This document shows, one piece after another, positions 28,809 to 42,526 of a stretch of DNA of 64,000 nt (position 1 is its first letter; each line of letters begins with the position of its first letter). The notes below the pieces were generated by a model, which saw only the letters and a program-made list of their open reading frames with translations, did not search any database and was not told where the DNA came from. The stretch is from Neoechinorhynchus agilis (lineage: Eukaryota > Animalia > Acanthocephala), in NCBI GenBank assembly GCA_051530055.1, contig CM121343.1, forward strand, positions 3,132,389 through 3,196,388, in the 5' to 3' direction. Position numbers and translations under genes: made by a program.

Positions 28809-30623
28809 ATGGCAACGAGTAGCCAGGCTCCACCACCACCACAGCCACCACCACCACAGCCACCACAACAACAACTAGTAACAGCTCAATCGTTCTCCAC
28901 CGATCACTCCCGTCCGTCAATACCGTCATCTGTGGTTCCATCAACTCAATCTTCTTCTTCAGTAGGACCCACGGCCGCCGCTTCTGTGACTCCGTCCCAA
29001 CCATTGATTAACAATGCTTCTTGTGCTCCAACAGCCTCTTCTGCGGTAGCCGCCGCTAATGCAGCTGTCATTGGGACAGCACCGTCAGCTCCAGTTCTTC
29101 CATTGACTTCATCTACAGGTCAATCGAGCACCGCCCCACAGTCTCAAGGACAAGCTCAGTCTTCCACTACACCCACACATCAGTCGTCTTTAGTCCCAAT
29201 GAATGACTTAAACGTAGAAGTACGCCTTTCGGATGATCCACACACGTGGTATAAGGCTCTCTTAGAGGACTTTGACAATGAGTCGGTAGTTGTTAGTTTC
29301 ACCGATCCAAACATGCGTCCATCAACCACTAAAGTGCCCTTCGATAACGTTAAACTGATGCCCGCGCATTCGCCGGAACCGCCACAATTCGTTGAAGGTG
29401 ACAAATGCCAAGTTTACTGTGCCCGTGATGGGGAGCACGCTCAAGCTTGGCATGATGCCACCATTCGGCTGGTCCGTGGAGTCTTCTATATGTTCGACTA
29501 CACGTCGCTTAGATCAGGTGAACGTCATAATGACGTGTTATCAGCTGAAGTGTTCCGTAAACCGGATACGTCTCCACATTTGGAGAGAAATCATCTTTAC
29601 AAGTACTCTTATGCAATCCCGGAACCCGTGCCAGAAGATATGGCTGATATGAGCAATCATGCTATACTCAAGGCGAGACTCCCTTCTTCTAAGATCTATT
29701 TTGAGCCTTCTAAAAACGAACTAGTCATGATTACCAATTTGGACAAGAATGTGAAATTGTTTCACTTGTTTGCTGATTTTCACTTAAAGTTCATCAGACA
29801 AAAGGCAGCCTTCAAAAAATCAATCGAAGTAGCCACGAAAAGAATCGCGGTTTTAAGAGCACCAAAAGAAAGCACCATGGGAGCAGGACATGTTGAAGTT
29901 TTCACTATCAAGGAAGGTCTCATGGGATTAGCCATTGGTGCGAGTGGCTGCAATATAACTCAAGCCAGGAACATTCAGGGTGTCAAACACATCCAAACGG
30001 ATAACGACAACACCATTCGGATATTTGCGGATACCATAGACGCTGCCAAGAGAGCGAGATCCATTCTTGAGTTTTCAGAGGAGGTTATAGATATTCCTAA
30101 AGATAAGATTCCACGTATCATTGGACGGCAAGGGTCCCTCATACAGGAAATGGTTGACCGTAGTGGCGTTGTGAAAGTTACCGTAGAGAAGGATAGCAGC
30201 GATAGAAGAGTTTCCGAAAGTGAAACTACTAAGAGACTGATTGTTCGTGGAACCGTTGATTCTATTCAGAATATGAGAGTGCTAATCGATTATTATCTGG
30301 AACATGTCGAATCAATGGATGAGATAATCGCGGAGACTCATCATCTTCAACAAGAACTCAGAAGTATTTCCGGCAACCAGAACGGTGCCGGATTTGGTGG
30401 AGGCAGTGATCATGACTTTGGAATGATGATGGGAGCAGGTGGACCTGGAGCTGCAATGCCCCAACCACATCCACGTTCAGTTAATAACGGAGGAGGAAAT
30501 CGCGGATATTCACACGGTGCTGGTGTGGGTGGACCCATGCATCCCCCAGTACCGCACCATAGAGGGATGACCGGCGGAGCGGGGCCAATGCGCCGTGGGG
30601 GCAGGCGCATGCAGCGCTCTTAA
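28809..30623 (+). CDS. FMR1: Fragile X family RNA-binding protein (2 Agenet/Tudor, KH0-KH2, RGG-like tail), intronless
   Basis: VEVR..WYKA, GLMGLAIGASGCNITQAR, ARSILEFSEEVIDIP, IIGRQGSLIQEMVDRSGVVKV match FMR1/FXR; Gly/Arg tail. Confidence 0.93.
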   Translation: MATSSQAPPPPQPPPPQPPQQQLVTAQSFSTDHSRPSIPSSVVPSTQSSSSVGPTAAASVTPSQPLINNASCAPTASSAVAAANAAVIGTAPSAPVLPLTSSTGQSSTAPQSQGQAQSSTTPTHQSSLVPMNDLNVEVRLSDDPHTWYKALLEDFDNESVVVSFTDPNMRPSTTKVPFDNVKLMPAHSPEPPQFVEGDKCQVYCARDGEHAQAWHDATIRLVRGVFYMFDYTSLRSGERHNDVLSAEVFRKPDTSPHLERNHLYKYSYAIPEPVPEDMADMSNHAILKARLPSSKIYFEPSKNELVMITNLDKNVKLFHLFADFHLKFIRQKAAFKKSIEVATKRIAVLRAPKESTMGAGHVEVFTIKEGLMGLAIGASGCNITQARNIQGVKHIQTDNDNTIRIFADTIDAAKRARSILEFSEEVIDIPKDKIPRIIGRQGSLIQEMVDRSGVVKVTVEKDSSDRRVSESETTKRLIVRGTVDSIQNMRVLIDYYLEHVESMDEIIAETHHLQQELRSISGNQNGAGFGGGSDHDFGMMMGAGGPGAAMPQPHPRSVNNGGGNRGYSHGAGVGGPMHPPVPHHRGMTGGAGPMRRGGRRMQRS

Positions 30624-30899
30624 AACCAATAGTTGATAACAGAGAGGGGGGTTAATAAACGGAGAAACAGCGCGGACGGATCGGATGAGGTCGGACTTCG
30701 GTTAACTTTCAAAGAATGATCTTTGATTCAGATTATTAGGGATTCTAGCCAAATAAGATTCATAATGCACGTATTTCTTAACCCAGAAACTATAACACAA
30801 AACACACATCTTTTTTGAGGGAAATTCCCGTAACCTTGAATTTCAAGAAGCACCCATTCTTCCTCTTAATTCGAGTTTTCAACCAAATTATATTCCAAA

Positions 30900-33800
30900 T
30901 ATGCAAGAGACCATGTACATGCAACCAGCAATTTTTACAAATTGTATCTTAAACAACAAAAATCGATTTATTTTAGAATATACCATCCCCACGATTAAAC
31001 AATTCCGCCATCCTGTTGAGCTCCGTTCATGTACCTTTGCTTCCTTAAAGTTTGACACAATTCTGTTTTTTACAAGGAGCGACTCAAGGCCGAAATTAGA
31101 ATGTATTTTCCACAATGTGGGTATTACGCTTTAATTTTTAAATCGTCACTATAATGCGTATTTGAACTTTGTTTAATCAATTGAACAACTTCGCATTTTA
31201 GCTGAGATTCGTTCATGTACCTTCGCTTCCTATAAATTTGATCCTATTCCGTTTTTCGGAAGGTGCCAACCAGTTCCAAAATGCGCGTGTGTTTTCCTCA
31301 ATGTGAGCGCAGTGCTTCATTTTCAATTCGTAACAGGCTGCGTTTTTGAATTCAATCTTTACGATTGAAAAATATCGCCATTCTGTTGAGCTCCGTTCAT
31401 GTACCTTTGCATCCCGTGTATTTTACACTATTCCGTTTTTTAGAAGGAGCGACTCTGGGCCGAAATTAGAATGTGTTTTCCACAATCTGAGTATTGCGCT
31501 TTAATTTTTTAAATCGCCACTACAATGCGTTTTTGAACCATATTCGAACAATTGAACAACTTCGCACCTTCGCTGAGATTCGTTCATGTATCTTTGTTTC
31601 CTTTGAGTTTGGCACTATTCCGTTTTTTACAAGGAGCCACTCGAGGCCGAAATGAGAATGTATTTTCCACCACGTGGGTATTACGTTTTAATTTTTTAAA
31701 TCGCCACTATAATGCGTTTTTGAACTTTATTTGAACAATTGAACAAGAGTCGTTCATGTACCTTCGTTTCCTATAAATTTTACGTTATTCCCTTTTACAC
31801 AAGGAGTGACTCGGGGTCGAAAATAGAATCTATTTTCGCCCCAATGTGCGTATTGCGCTTGAATGTATTAAATCGTCACTACGATGCGTCTATGAACTTT
31901 ATTTGAACAATTTCCGCGCTCCGCTTAGATACGTTCATGTACCTTTGCTTTCTTTGGGTTTTACACTATTCCATTTCTAAAAAGGAGCGACTCGGGGCCG
32001 AAATTAGAATTTATTTCCACAATCTGAGTATTGCGCTTTAATTTTTAAAATCGCCACTACAATGCGTTTTTGAACCATATTCGAACAATTGAACAACTTC
32101 GCACCTTCGCTGAGATTCGTTCATGTATCTTTGCTTCCGACAAATTTGATCCTATTCCGTTTTTCGGAAGGTGCCAACCCGTTCCAAAATGCGCGTGTGT
32201 TTTCCTCAATGTGAGCAAAACCCTTTATTTTTAATTCGTAACAGGCTGCGTTTTTGAATTCAATCTTTACGATTGAAAAATATCGCCATTCTGTTGAGCT
32301 TCGTTCATGTACCTTTGCTTCCCGTGTATTTCACACTATTCCGTTTTTCAGAAGGTGCGACGCCGAGCCAAAATGCGCATGTGTTTTCCTCAATGTGAGC
32401 AAAACCCTTTTAATTCGTAACAGGCTGCGTTTTTGAATTCAATCTTTACGATTGAAAAATATCGCCATTCTGTTGAGCTTCGTTCATGTACCTTTGCTTC
32501 CCGTGTATTTTACACTATTCCGTTTTTCAGAAGATGCGACTCCGAGCCGAAATGCGCATGTGTTTTTCTCAATGTGAGCAAAACCCTTTATTTTTAATTC
32601 GTAACAGGCTGCGTTTTTGAATTCAATCTTTACGATTGAAAAATATCGCCATTCTGTTGAGCTTCGTTCATGTACCTTTGCTTCCCGTTTATTTTACACT
32701 ATTCCGTTTTTCAGAAGATGCGACTCCGAGCCGAAATGCGCGCGTGTTTTTCTCAATGTGAGCGCAACGCTTCATTTTTAATTCGTAACAGACTGCGTTT
32801 TTGAATTCAATCTTTACGATTGAAAAATATCGCCATTCTGTTGAGCTCCGTTCATGTACCTTTGCTTCCCGTGTATTTTACACTATTCCGTTTTTCGGAA
32901 GGTGCCAACCCGTTCCAAAATGCGCGTGTGTTTTCCTCAATGTGAGCAAAACCCTTTATTTTTAATTCGTAACAGGCTGCGTTTTTGAATTCAATCTTTA
33001 CGATTGAAAAAAATATCGCCATTCTGTTGAGCTTCGTTCATGTACCTTTGCTTCCCGTGTATTTTACACTATTCCGTTTTTCAGAAGATGCGACTCCGAG
33101 CCGAAATGCGCATGTGTTTTTCTCAATGTGAGCAAAACGCTTTATTTTTAATTCGTAACAGGCTGCGTTTTAGAATTCAATCTTTACGATTGAAAAATAT
33201 CGCCATTCTGTTGAGCTCCGTTCATGTACCTTTGCTTCCCGTGTATTTTACACTATTCCGTTTTTCAGAAGATGCGACTCCGAGCCGAAATGCGCGTGTG
33301 TTTTTCTCAATGTGAGCAAAACGCTTTATTTTTAATTCGTAACAGGCTGCGATTTTGAATTCAATCTTTACGATTGAAAAATATCGCCATTCTGTTGAGC
33401 TTCGTTCATGTACCTTTGCTTCCCGTGTATTTTACACTATTCCGTTTTTCAGAAGATGCGACTCCGAGCCGAAATGTGCGTGTGTTTTTCTCAATGTGAG
33501 CAAAACGCTTTATTTTTAATTCGGCACAGGCTGCGTTTTTGAATTCAATCTTTACGATTGAAAAATATCGCCATTCTGTTGAGCTTCGTTCATGTACCTT
33601 TGCTTCCCGTGTATTTTACACTATTCCGTTTTTCAGAAGATGCGACTCCGAGCCAAAATGCGCGTGTGTTTTCCTCAATGTGAGCGCAATGCTTTATTTT
33701 TAATTCGGCACAGGCTGCGTTTTTGAATTCAATCTTTACGATTGAAAAATATCGCCATTCTGTTGAGCTTCGTTCGTGTACCTTTGCTTCCCGTGTATTT

Positions 33801-36800
33801 TACACTATTCCGTTTTTCAGAAGATGCGACTCCGAGCTGAAATTCGCATGTGTTTTCCTCAATGTGAGCAAAACGCTTTATTTTAATTCGTAACAGGCTG
33901 CGTTTTATAATTCAATCTTGACGATTGAAAAATATCGCCATTCTGTTGAGCTTCGTTCATGTACCCTTTCTTCCCGTGTATTTTACACTATTCCGTTTTT
34001 CAGAAGATGCGACTCCGAGCCGAAATGCGCATGTGTTTTCCTCAATGTGAGCGCAACGCTTTATTTTTAATTCGTAACAGGCTGCGTTTTATAATTCAAT
34101 CTTTACGATTGAAAAATATCGCCATTCTGTTGAGCTTCGTTCGTGTACCTTTGCTTCCCGTGTATTTTACACTATTCCGTTTTTCAGAAGATGCGACTCC
34201 GAGCTGAAATTCGCATGTGTTTTCCTCAATGTGAGCAAAACGCTTTATTTTTAATTCGGCACAGGCTGCGTTTTATAATTCAATCTTTACGATTGAAAAA
34301 TATCGCCATTCTGTTGAGCTTCGTTCGTGTACCTTTGCTTCCCGTGTATTTTACACTATTCCGTTTTTCAGAAGATGCGACTCCGAGCTGAAATGCGCGT
34401 GTGTTTTTCTCAATGTGAGCAAAACGCTTTATTTTAATTCGTAACAGGCTGCGTTTTTGAATTCAATCTTGACGATTGAAAAATATCGACATTCTGTTGA
34501 GCTTCGTTCGTGTACCTTTGCTTCCCGTGTATTTTGCACTATTCCATTTTTCAGAAGATTCGACTCCGAGCCGAAATGCGCATGTGTTTTCCTCAATGTG
34601 AGTGCAACGCTTCATTTTCTATTCGTAACAGGCTGCGTTTTTTAATTCAATCTTTACGATTGAAAAATATCGCCATTCTGTTTAGCTCCGTTCATGTACC
34701 TTTGCTTCCCGTGTATTTTACACTATTCCGTTTTTCAGAGGATGCGACTCCGAGCCGAAATGCGCATGTGTTTTCCTCAATGTGAGCGCAATGCTTCATT
34801 TTCAATTCGTAACAGGCTGCGTTTTTGAATTCAATCTTTACGATTGAAAAATATCGCCATTCTGTTGAGCTCCGTTCATGTGCCTTTGCTTCCCGTGTAT
34901 TATACACTATTCCGTTTTTCAGAAGATGCGACTCCGAGCCGAAATGCGCATGTGTTTTCCTCAATGTGAGCGCAATGCTTCATTTTCAATTCGTAACAGG
35001 CTGCGTTTTTTAATTCAATCTTTACGATTGAAAAATATCGCCATTCTGTTGAGCTCCGTTCATGTACCTTTGCTTCCCGTGTATTTTACACTATTCCGTT
35101 TTTTCAGAAGATGCGACTCCGAGCCGAAATGCGCATGTGTTTTCCTCAATGTGAGCGCAATGCTTCATTTTCAATTCGTAACGAGCTGCGTTTTTTGAAT
35201 TCAATCTTTACGATTGAAAAATATCGCCATTCTGTTGAGCTCCGTTCATGTACCTTTGCTTCCCGTGTATTTTACACTATTCCGTTTTTCGGAAAGTGCC
35301 AACCCATTCCAAAATGCGCGTGTGTTTTCCTCAATGTGAGCGCAATGCTTCATTTTCAATTGGGCACAGGCTGCGTTTTTGAATTCAATCTTTACGATTG
35401 AAAAATATCGCCATTCTGTTGAGCTCCGTTCATGTACCTTTGCTTCCCGTGTATTTTACACTATTCCGTTTTTCAGAAGATGCGACTCCGAGCCAAAATG
35501 CGCGTGTGTTTTCCTCAATGTGAGCGCAATGCTTCATTTTCAATTCGTAACAGGCTGCGTTTTTTAATTCAATCTTTACGATTGAAAAATATCGCCATTC
35601 TGTTGAGCTCCGTTCATGTGCCTTTGCTTCCCGTGTATTTTACACTATTCCGTTTTTCAGAAGATGCGACTCCGAGCCGAAATGCGCATGTGTTTTCCTC
35701 AATGTGAGCAAACGCTTTATTTTTAATTCGGCACAGGCTGCGTTTTTGAATTCAATCTTTACGATTGAAAAATATCGCCATTCTGTTGAGCTCCGTTCAT
35801 GTACCTTTGCTTCCCGTGTATTTTACACTATTCCGTTTTTCAGAAGATGCGACTCCGAGCCGAAATGCGCATGTGTTTTCCTCAATGTGAGCGCAACGCT
35901 TTATTTTTAATTCGTAACAGGCTGCGTTTTTGAATTCAATCTTTACGATTGAAAAATATCGCCATTCTGTTGAGCTCCGTTCATGTACCTTTGCTTCCCG
36001 TGTATTTTACACTATTCCGTTTTTCAGAAGATGCGACTCCGAGCCGAAATGCGCATGTGTTTTCCTCAATGTGAGCAAAACGCTTTATTTTTAATTCGTA
36101 ACAGGCTGCGTTTTTGAATTCAATCTTTACGATTGAAAAATATCGCCATTCTGTTGAGCTTCTTTCATGTACCTTTGCTTCACGTGTATTTTACACTATT
36201 CCGTTTTTCAGAAGATGCGACTCCGAGCCAAAATGCGCGTGTGTTTTCCTCAATGTGAGCGCAATGCTTCATTTTTAATTCGGCACAGGCTGCGTTTTTG
36301 AATTCAATCTTTACGATTGAAAAATATCGCCATTCTGTTGAGCTCCGTTCATGTACCTTTGCTTCCCGTGTATTTTACACTATTCCTTTTTCAGAATATG
36401 CGACTCCGAGCCGAAATGCGCATGTGTTTTCCTCAATGTGAGCAAAACGCTTTATTTTTAATTCGTAACAGGCTGCGTTTTTGAATTCAATCTTTACGAT
36501 TGAAAAATATCGCCATTCTGTTGAGCTTCGTTCATGTACCTTTGCTTGCCGTGTATTTTACACTATTCCGTTTTTCAGAAGATGCGACTGTGAGCCGAAA
36601 TGCGCATGTGTTTTCCTCAATGTGAGCAAAACGCTTTATTTTTAATTCGAAACAGACTGCGTTTTTGAATTCAATCTTTACGATTGAAAAATATCGCCAT
36701 TCTGTTGAGCTCCGTTCATGTACCTTTGCTTCCCGTGTATTTTACACTATTCCGTTTTTCAGAAGATTCGACTCCGAGCCGAAATGCGCATGTGTTTTCC

Positions 36801-39800
36801 TCAATGTGAGTGCAACGCTTCATTTTCTATTCGTAACAGGCTGCGTTTTTGAATTCAATCTTTACGATTGAAAAATATCGCCATTCTGTTGAGCTCCGTT
36901 CATGTGCCTTTGCTTCCCGTGTATTTTACACTATTCCGTTTTTCAGAAGATGCGACTCCGAGCCGAAATGCGCATGTGTTTTCCCCAATGTGAGCGCAAT
37001 GCTTCATTTTCAATTCGTAACAAGCTGCGTTTTTTAATTCAATCTTTACGATTGAAAAATATCGCCATTCTGTTGAGCTCCGTTCATGTACCTTTGCTTC
37101 CCGTGTATTTTACACTATTCCGTTTTTCAGAAGATGCGACTCCGAGCCAAAATGCGCATGTGTTTTCCTCAATGTGAGCGCAAAGCTTCATTTTCAATTC
37201 GTAACAGGCTGCGTTTTTGAATTCAATCTTTACGATTTAAAGATATCGCCATTCTGTTGAGCTCCGTTCATGTACCTTTGCTTCCCGTGTATTTTACACT
37301 ATTCCGTTTTTCAGAAGATGCGACTCCGAGCCGAAATGCGCATGTGTTTTCCTCAATGTGAGCGCAATGCTTCATTTTCAATTCGTAACAGGCTGCGTTT
37401 TTGAATTCAATCTTTACGATTGAAAAATATCGCCATTCTGTTGATCTCCGTTCATGTACCTTTGCTTCCCGTGTATTTTACACTATTCCGTTTTTCAGAA
37501 GATGCGACTCCGAGCCGAAATGCGCATGTGTTTTCCTCAATGTGAGCAAAACGCGTTATTTTTAATTCGAAACAGGCTGCGTTTTTGAATTCAATCTTTA
37601 CGATTGAAAAATATCGCCATTCTGTTGAGCTCCGTTCATGTACCTTTGCTTCCCGTGTATTTTACACTATTCCGTTTTTCAGAAGATGCGACTCCGAGCC
37701 GAAATGCGCATGTGTTTTCCTCAATGTGAGCAAAACGCTTTATTTTCAATTCGTAACAGGCTGCGTTTTTGAATTCAATCTTTACGATTGAAAAATATCG
37801 CCATTCTGTTGATCTCCGTTCATGTACCTTTGCTTCCCGTGTACTTTACACTATTCCGTTTTTCAGAAGATGCGACTCCGAGCCGAAATGCGCATGTGTT
37901 TTCCTCAATGTGAGCGCAATGCTTCATTTTTAATTCGTAACAGGCTGCGTTTTTGAATTCAATCTTTACGATTGAAAAATATCGCCATTCTGGAATTCAA
38001 TCTTTACGATTGAAAAATATCGCCATTCTGTTGAGCTCCGTTCGTGTACCTTTGCTTCCCGTGTATTTTACACTATTCCGTTTTTCAGAAGATGCGACTC
38101 CGAGCCGAAATGCGCGTGTGTTTTCCTCAATGTGAGCGCAATGCTGCGTTTTTTGAATTCATTTTCAATTCGTAACAGGCTGCGTTTTTGAATTCGCTTC
38201 ATTTTCAATTGTAACAGGCTGCGTTTTTGAATTCAATCTTTACGATTGAAAAATATCGCCATTCTGTTGAGCTCCGTTCATGTACCTTTGCTTCCCGTGT
38301 ATTTTACACTATTCCGTTTTTCAGAAGATGCGACTCCGAGCCGAAATGCGCATGTGTTTTCCTCAATGTGAGCGCAATGCTTCATTTTCAATTCGTAACA
38401 GGCTGCGTTTTTGAATTCAATCTTTACGATTGAAAAATATCGCCATTCTGTTGAGCTCCGTTCGTGTACCTTTGCTTCCCGTGTATTTTACACTATTCCG
38501 TTTTTCAGAAGATGCGACTCCGAGCCGAAATGCGCATGTGTTTTCCTCAATGTGAGCGCAATGCTTCATTTTCAATTCGGCACAGGCTGCGTTTTTGAAT
38601 TCAATCTTTACGATTGAAAAATATCGCCATTCTGTTGAGCTCCGTTCATGTACCTTTGCTTCCCGTGTATTTTACACTATTCCGTTTTTCAGAAGATGCG
38701 ACTCCGAGCCGAAATGCGCGTGTGTTTTCCTCAATGTGAGCGCAATGCTTCATTTTAATTCGTAACAGGCTGCGTTTTTGAATTCAATCTTTACGATTGA
38801 AAAATATCGCCATTCTGTTGAGCTTCGTTCGTGTACCTTTGCTTCCCGTGTATTTTACACTATTCCGTTTTTCAGAAGATGCGACTCCGAGCCGAAATGC
38901 GCATGTGTTTTCCTCAATGTAACAGGCTGCGTTTTTGAATTCAATCTTTACGATTGCGCCAAGCTCCGTTCATGTACCTTTGCTTCCCGTGTATTTTACA
39001 CTATTCCGTTTTTTTCCGAGCCGAAATTCAATGTGAGGCACAGGCTGCGTTTTTGAATTCAATCTTTACGATTGAAAAATATCGCCATTCTGTTGAGCTC
39101 CGTTCATGTACCTTTGCTTCCCGTGTATTTTACACTATTCCGTTTTTCAGAAGATGCGACTCCGAGCCGAAATGCGCATGTGTTTTCCTCAATGTGAGCG
39201 CAATGCTTCATTTTCAATTCGGCACAGGCTGCGTTTTTGAATTCAATCTTTACGATTGAAAAATATCGCCATTCTGTTGAGCTCCGTTCGTGTACCTTTG
39301 CTTCCCGTGTATTTTACACTATTCCGTTCAGAAGATGCATTCCGAGCCGAAATTTCAGAAGATGCGACTCCGAGCCGAAATGCGCATGTGTTTTCCTCAA
39401 TGTGAGCGCAATGCTTCATTTTCAATTCGGCACAGGCTGCGTTTTTGAATTCAATCTTTACGATTGAAAAATATCGCCATTCTGTTGAGCTCCGTTCATG
39501 TACCTTTGCTTCCCGTGTATTTTACACTATTCCGTTTTTCAGAAGATGCGACTCCGAGCCGAAATGCGCATGTGTTTTCCTCAATGTGAGTATTTTACAC
39601 TATTCCGCAATGCGCTTGCGCGTGTGTTTTCCTCAATTCGTAACAGGCTGCGTTTTTGAATTCAATCTTTACGATTGAAAAATATCGCCATTCTGTTGAG
39701 CTCCGTTCATGTACCTTTGCTTCCCGTGTATTTTACACTATTCCGTTTTTCAGAAGATGCGACTCCGAGCCGAAATGCGCATGTGTTTTCCTCAATGTGA

Positions 39801-40384
39801 GCGATTGAAAAATAATTCTGTTGAGCTTTATTTTTAATTTGTAACAGGCTGCGTTTTTGAATTCAATCTTTACGATTGAAAAATATCGCCATTCTGTTAC
39901 GATTGAAAAATATCGCCATTCTGTTGAGCTCCGTTCATGTACCTTTGCTTCCCGTGTATTTTACACTATTCCGTTTTTCGGAAGGTGCGAACCCGTGCCA
40001 AAATGCGCATGTGTTTTCCTCAATGTGAGCACAACGCTTCATTTTCAATTCGTAACAGACTGCGTTTTTGAAATCCGTTTTTACGATTGAAAAATATCGC
40101 CATTCTGTTGAGCTCCGTTCATGTACCTTTGCTTCCCGTGTATTTTACACTATTCTGTTTTTTAGAAGGTTCGACTCGGAGCCGAAAAGCGATTGAGTTT
40201 TCCTCAATGTGAGCATAATGCTTTTTTTTAATTCGTAACAGACTCCGTTTTTGAAATCAGTTTTTACGATTGAAAAATATCGCCATTCTGTTGGGTTCCG
40301 TTCATGTACCTTTGCTTCCCGTGTACTTTACACTATTCCGCTTTTTAAAAGGTTCGACTCCGCATGTGTTTTCCTCCATGTGAG
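30900..40384. repeat. 184-bp satellite array, about 9.5 kb, about 50 monomers
   Basis: ttgaattcaatctttacgattgaaaaatatcgccattctgttgagc recurs at 184-nt spacing (36665/36849, 38227/38411); diverged monomers at the left edge. Confidence 0.98.
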
Positions 40385-42330
40385 CAGATCGTCTGCATAA
40401 ATGAATAGTTCAGAGTGAGAGGAGAGAGGTTTGAGGTCGTTTAGGAGAATATTCAAAAGAAGTGGTGGCAGCACAACACGTTGAGGTATGCCCTTGGTGA
40501 GGGATATTCTGATCAAAGAAGTAGATCGGCAGTGAATGTATTGTTTACGATTGTAAAGAAAAGATTCGAGCCAGCAGGTCTGCGACAAGCTGAGACCAAA
40601 AATCGGAGCAGGCCCAGAGATGGAGTGAGTGGTCCACGGAGTCGAATGTTTTGGATAATTCCAGTTGAGTAAGACGGGTGAAGTGGGAAGGATTGTTGCC
40701 GGGGTCACGTGGAAGCGTGGGCGATAATTTATCGTTGAGAAGTGAATAATTCGAGATTTAAAACATTTTTCGAAGATATTTGAAAGAGCGGTTAGGATGG
40801 ATATTAGGCGGAATAATTCGGTGGAAATCGGATCTCTTATTCGGAGGAACGATCACAAGTTGGGGGATGATTTAGCGAAGAGCCCAGTTTGGGATTTCGG
40901 ATTGAGGGGACGAATTTCGAGGTAATTTCTTGGGATGTTGTAGTACTTCGTATGACGAAACTAAGGGGAGTATCGACGAGTTGACAATATTTTCAGATGT
41001 GGTCGTGAAAGATTGTGTGGTGTTAGATGTGGAGCATTGGTTGTAATTTGAGTCAGGGCAGAGGTTCTGATCGATAGAGTCTAGAACCTGTTTTAATTCA
41101 GAAGAGGTCAAATGTTGGAAGGTATCAGGGTTGCTTAGATCAAGGGAGTCCTTGACGGCTCGTCACTATGTTGAATTGCCACCCGATCGAATTTTGGAAG
41201 AAAGGAAGTTTCTGCGGGCAACAAGTATTTTGTTAATTAGAGCTATTTGTAAGCGGAGAAAGTCTGGGTGGTTATTGCGGTGGGCCTTAGGAGATTGCTT
41301 TTGAAGAAGTTTCAAGATGGGGGTTATCCATGGTGGGTCGTGGTTGGAGATCCTAATGAATTTCTTGGGAATTGCCGAAGTTAGGGATTTTTTACGATTG
41401 AGGTTTGGTAGGACATGACCAAGGAAGGGTCATTTGTGTTGTCAGAGTGGAATGTGCGAATGTTAGAGTTGAACAATTTTATAAAATTGTGGATGTGATG
41501 ATCGCGTTTATCCCAGACGGGTAAACGGGCGATTTTATACGCTGAGGTTGGGAGGAGGGAATGATAAGAGCCCAATAGTAATCAGAGCTCGCGCGGGGGG
41601 CGGAGGAATGTACGTCGATATTAGTGAAGACTCGACATGAGCGTCAAGACAAGTTCGGAAGTCAATAAGTTGACGCAACGCGGAGAATTGTGGCAGAAGA
41701 AATAGTTTATTGAAGTCCCCTGCAATTGAGAGATGGTCTGAATTTGTGGAGTTTGAGCTCCATCATAGAATCAAGTTAATGTAATGAGGACTCAAGGCGA
41801 GAGGTAGGAGGGCGGTAGACGCTCGCAATTGTGAATTCTCTGAGACCATTTCTTACAGGATCTGAGAAGTGGACGGCGATGAATTCTAGATCAAGGTTTT
41901 GCAGATAACCTATGAGAGATGAAGAGTAGTATAGTGATTGTCGTACGAAAATTGAGACCCCCATTCTGGACGGTCCTCGCGGTATGTAGAGAAGGAAAAG
42001 AAATTATCGTTTTTGGTACATTGGAAATGGAAATGAGGGAGATTGTTTTTGCTTTTGTTGCCATCAATGATAAATTAAGGGATGAATCGATACAAATTGT
42101 CGATCTCAAAGGACTGATTATCCCAAAGAGAGAAGTCCGGAAGCGAATCAGTGTTGGGATGAGTGATTGGAATTGATGTGGATGAGCCACGATTGGATGG
42201 GTCGATTTGTGGTATATTTGTATAGGGATTGATTGATAACTTTTTACTTGTTTCGGGAGGGAAACCATGTTTAATGTTGAAGGACTGGGTGATTGTCTTT
42301 TATGGTTTTTGGGGCGCCTGTGGAGTTGCG
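40380..42330 (-). mobile_element. Degenerate LINE (APE endonuclease plus RT), truncated just after YADD at the satellite junction
   Basis: IASVYRPP, AGDF-like segment, KGIPQRVVLPPLLLNILLNDL, IYADDL. Confidence 0.85.
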
Positions 42331-42526
42331 CATAGCCAAAGAAGTTGGAGATTCAGTTACTCTTCTAGTTTTTGGGATGTGTAAGATGTCCTAGGGTGTT
42401 CGCTAATACCAAACAATTCTTTCAATTAATAATCTATTTGCCATAAGATCCTGGGCTTAGAAGACTTTATAGCGCGGAATAGGCGATTCGCTTTATTTCT
42501 GAAACTGGAATGAACATTGATATTTT

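Noticed and set aside
28552-29004. 150-aa minus-strand ORF
   Set aside because: Antisense shadow of the low-complexity FMR1 5' region.
31552-40090. Dozens of repeated 60-100 aa ORFs (MNSIFTIEKY..., MYLCFPCILH...)
   Set aside because: Translations of the 184-bp satellite; the array could be mistaken for CRISPR but has no unique spacers and the genome is eukaryotic.
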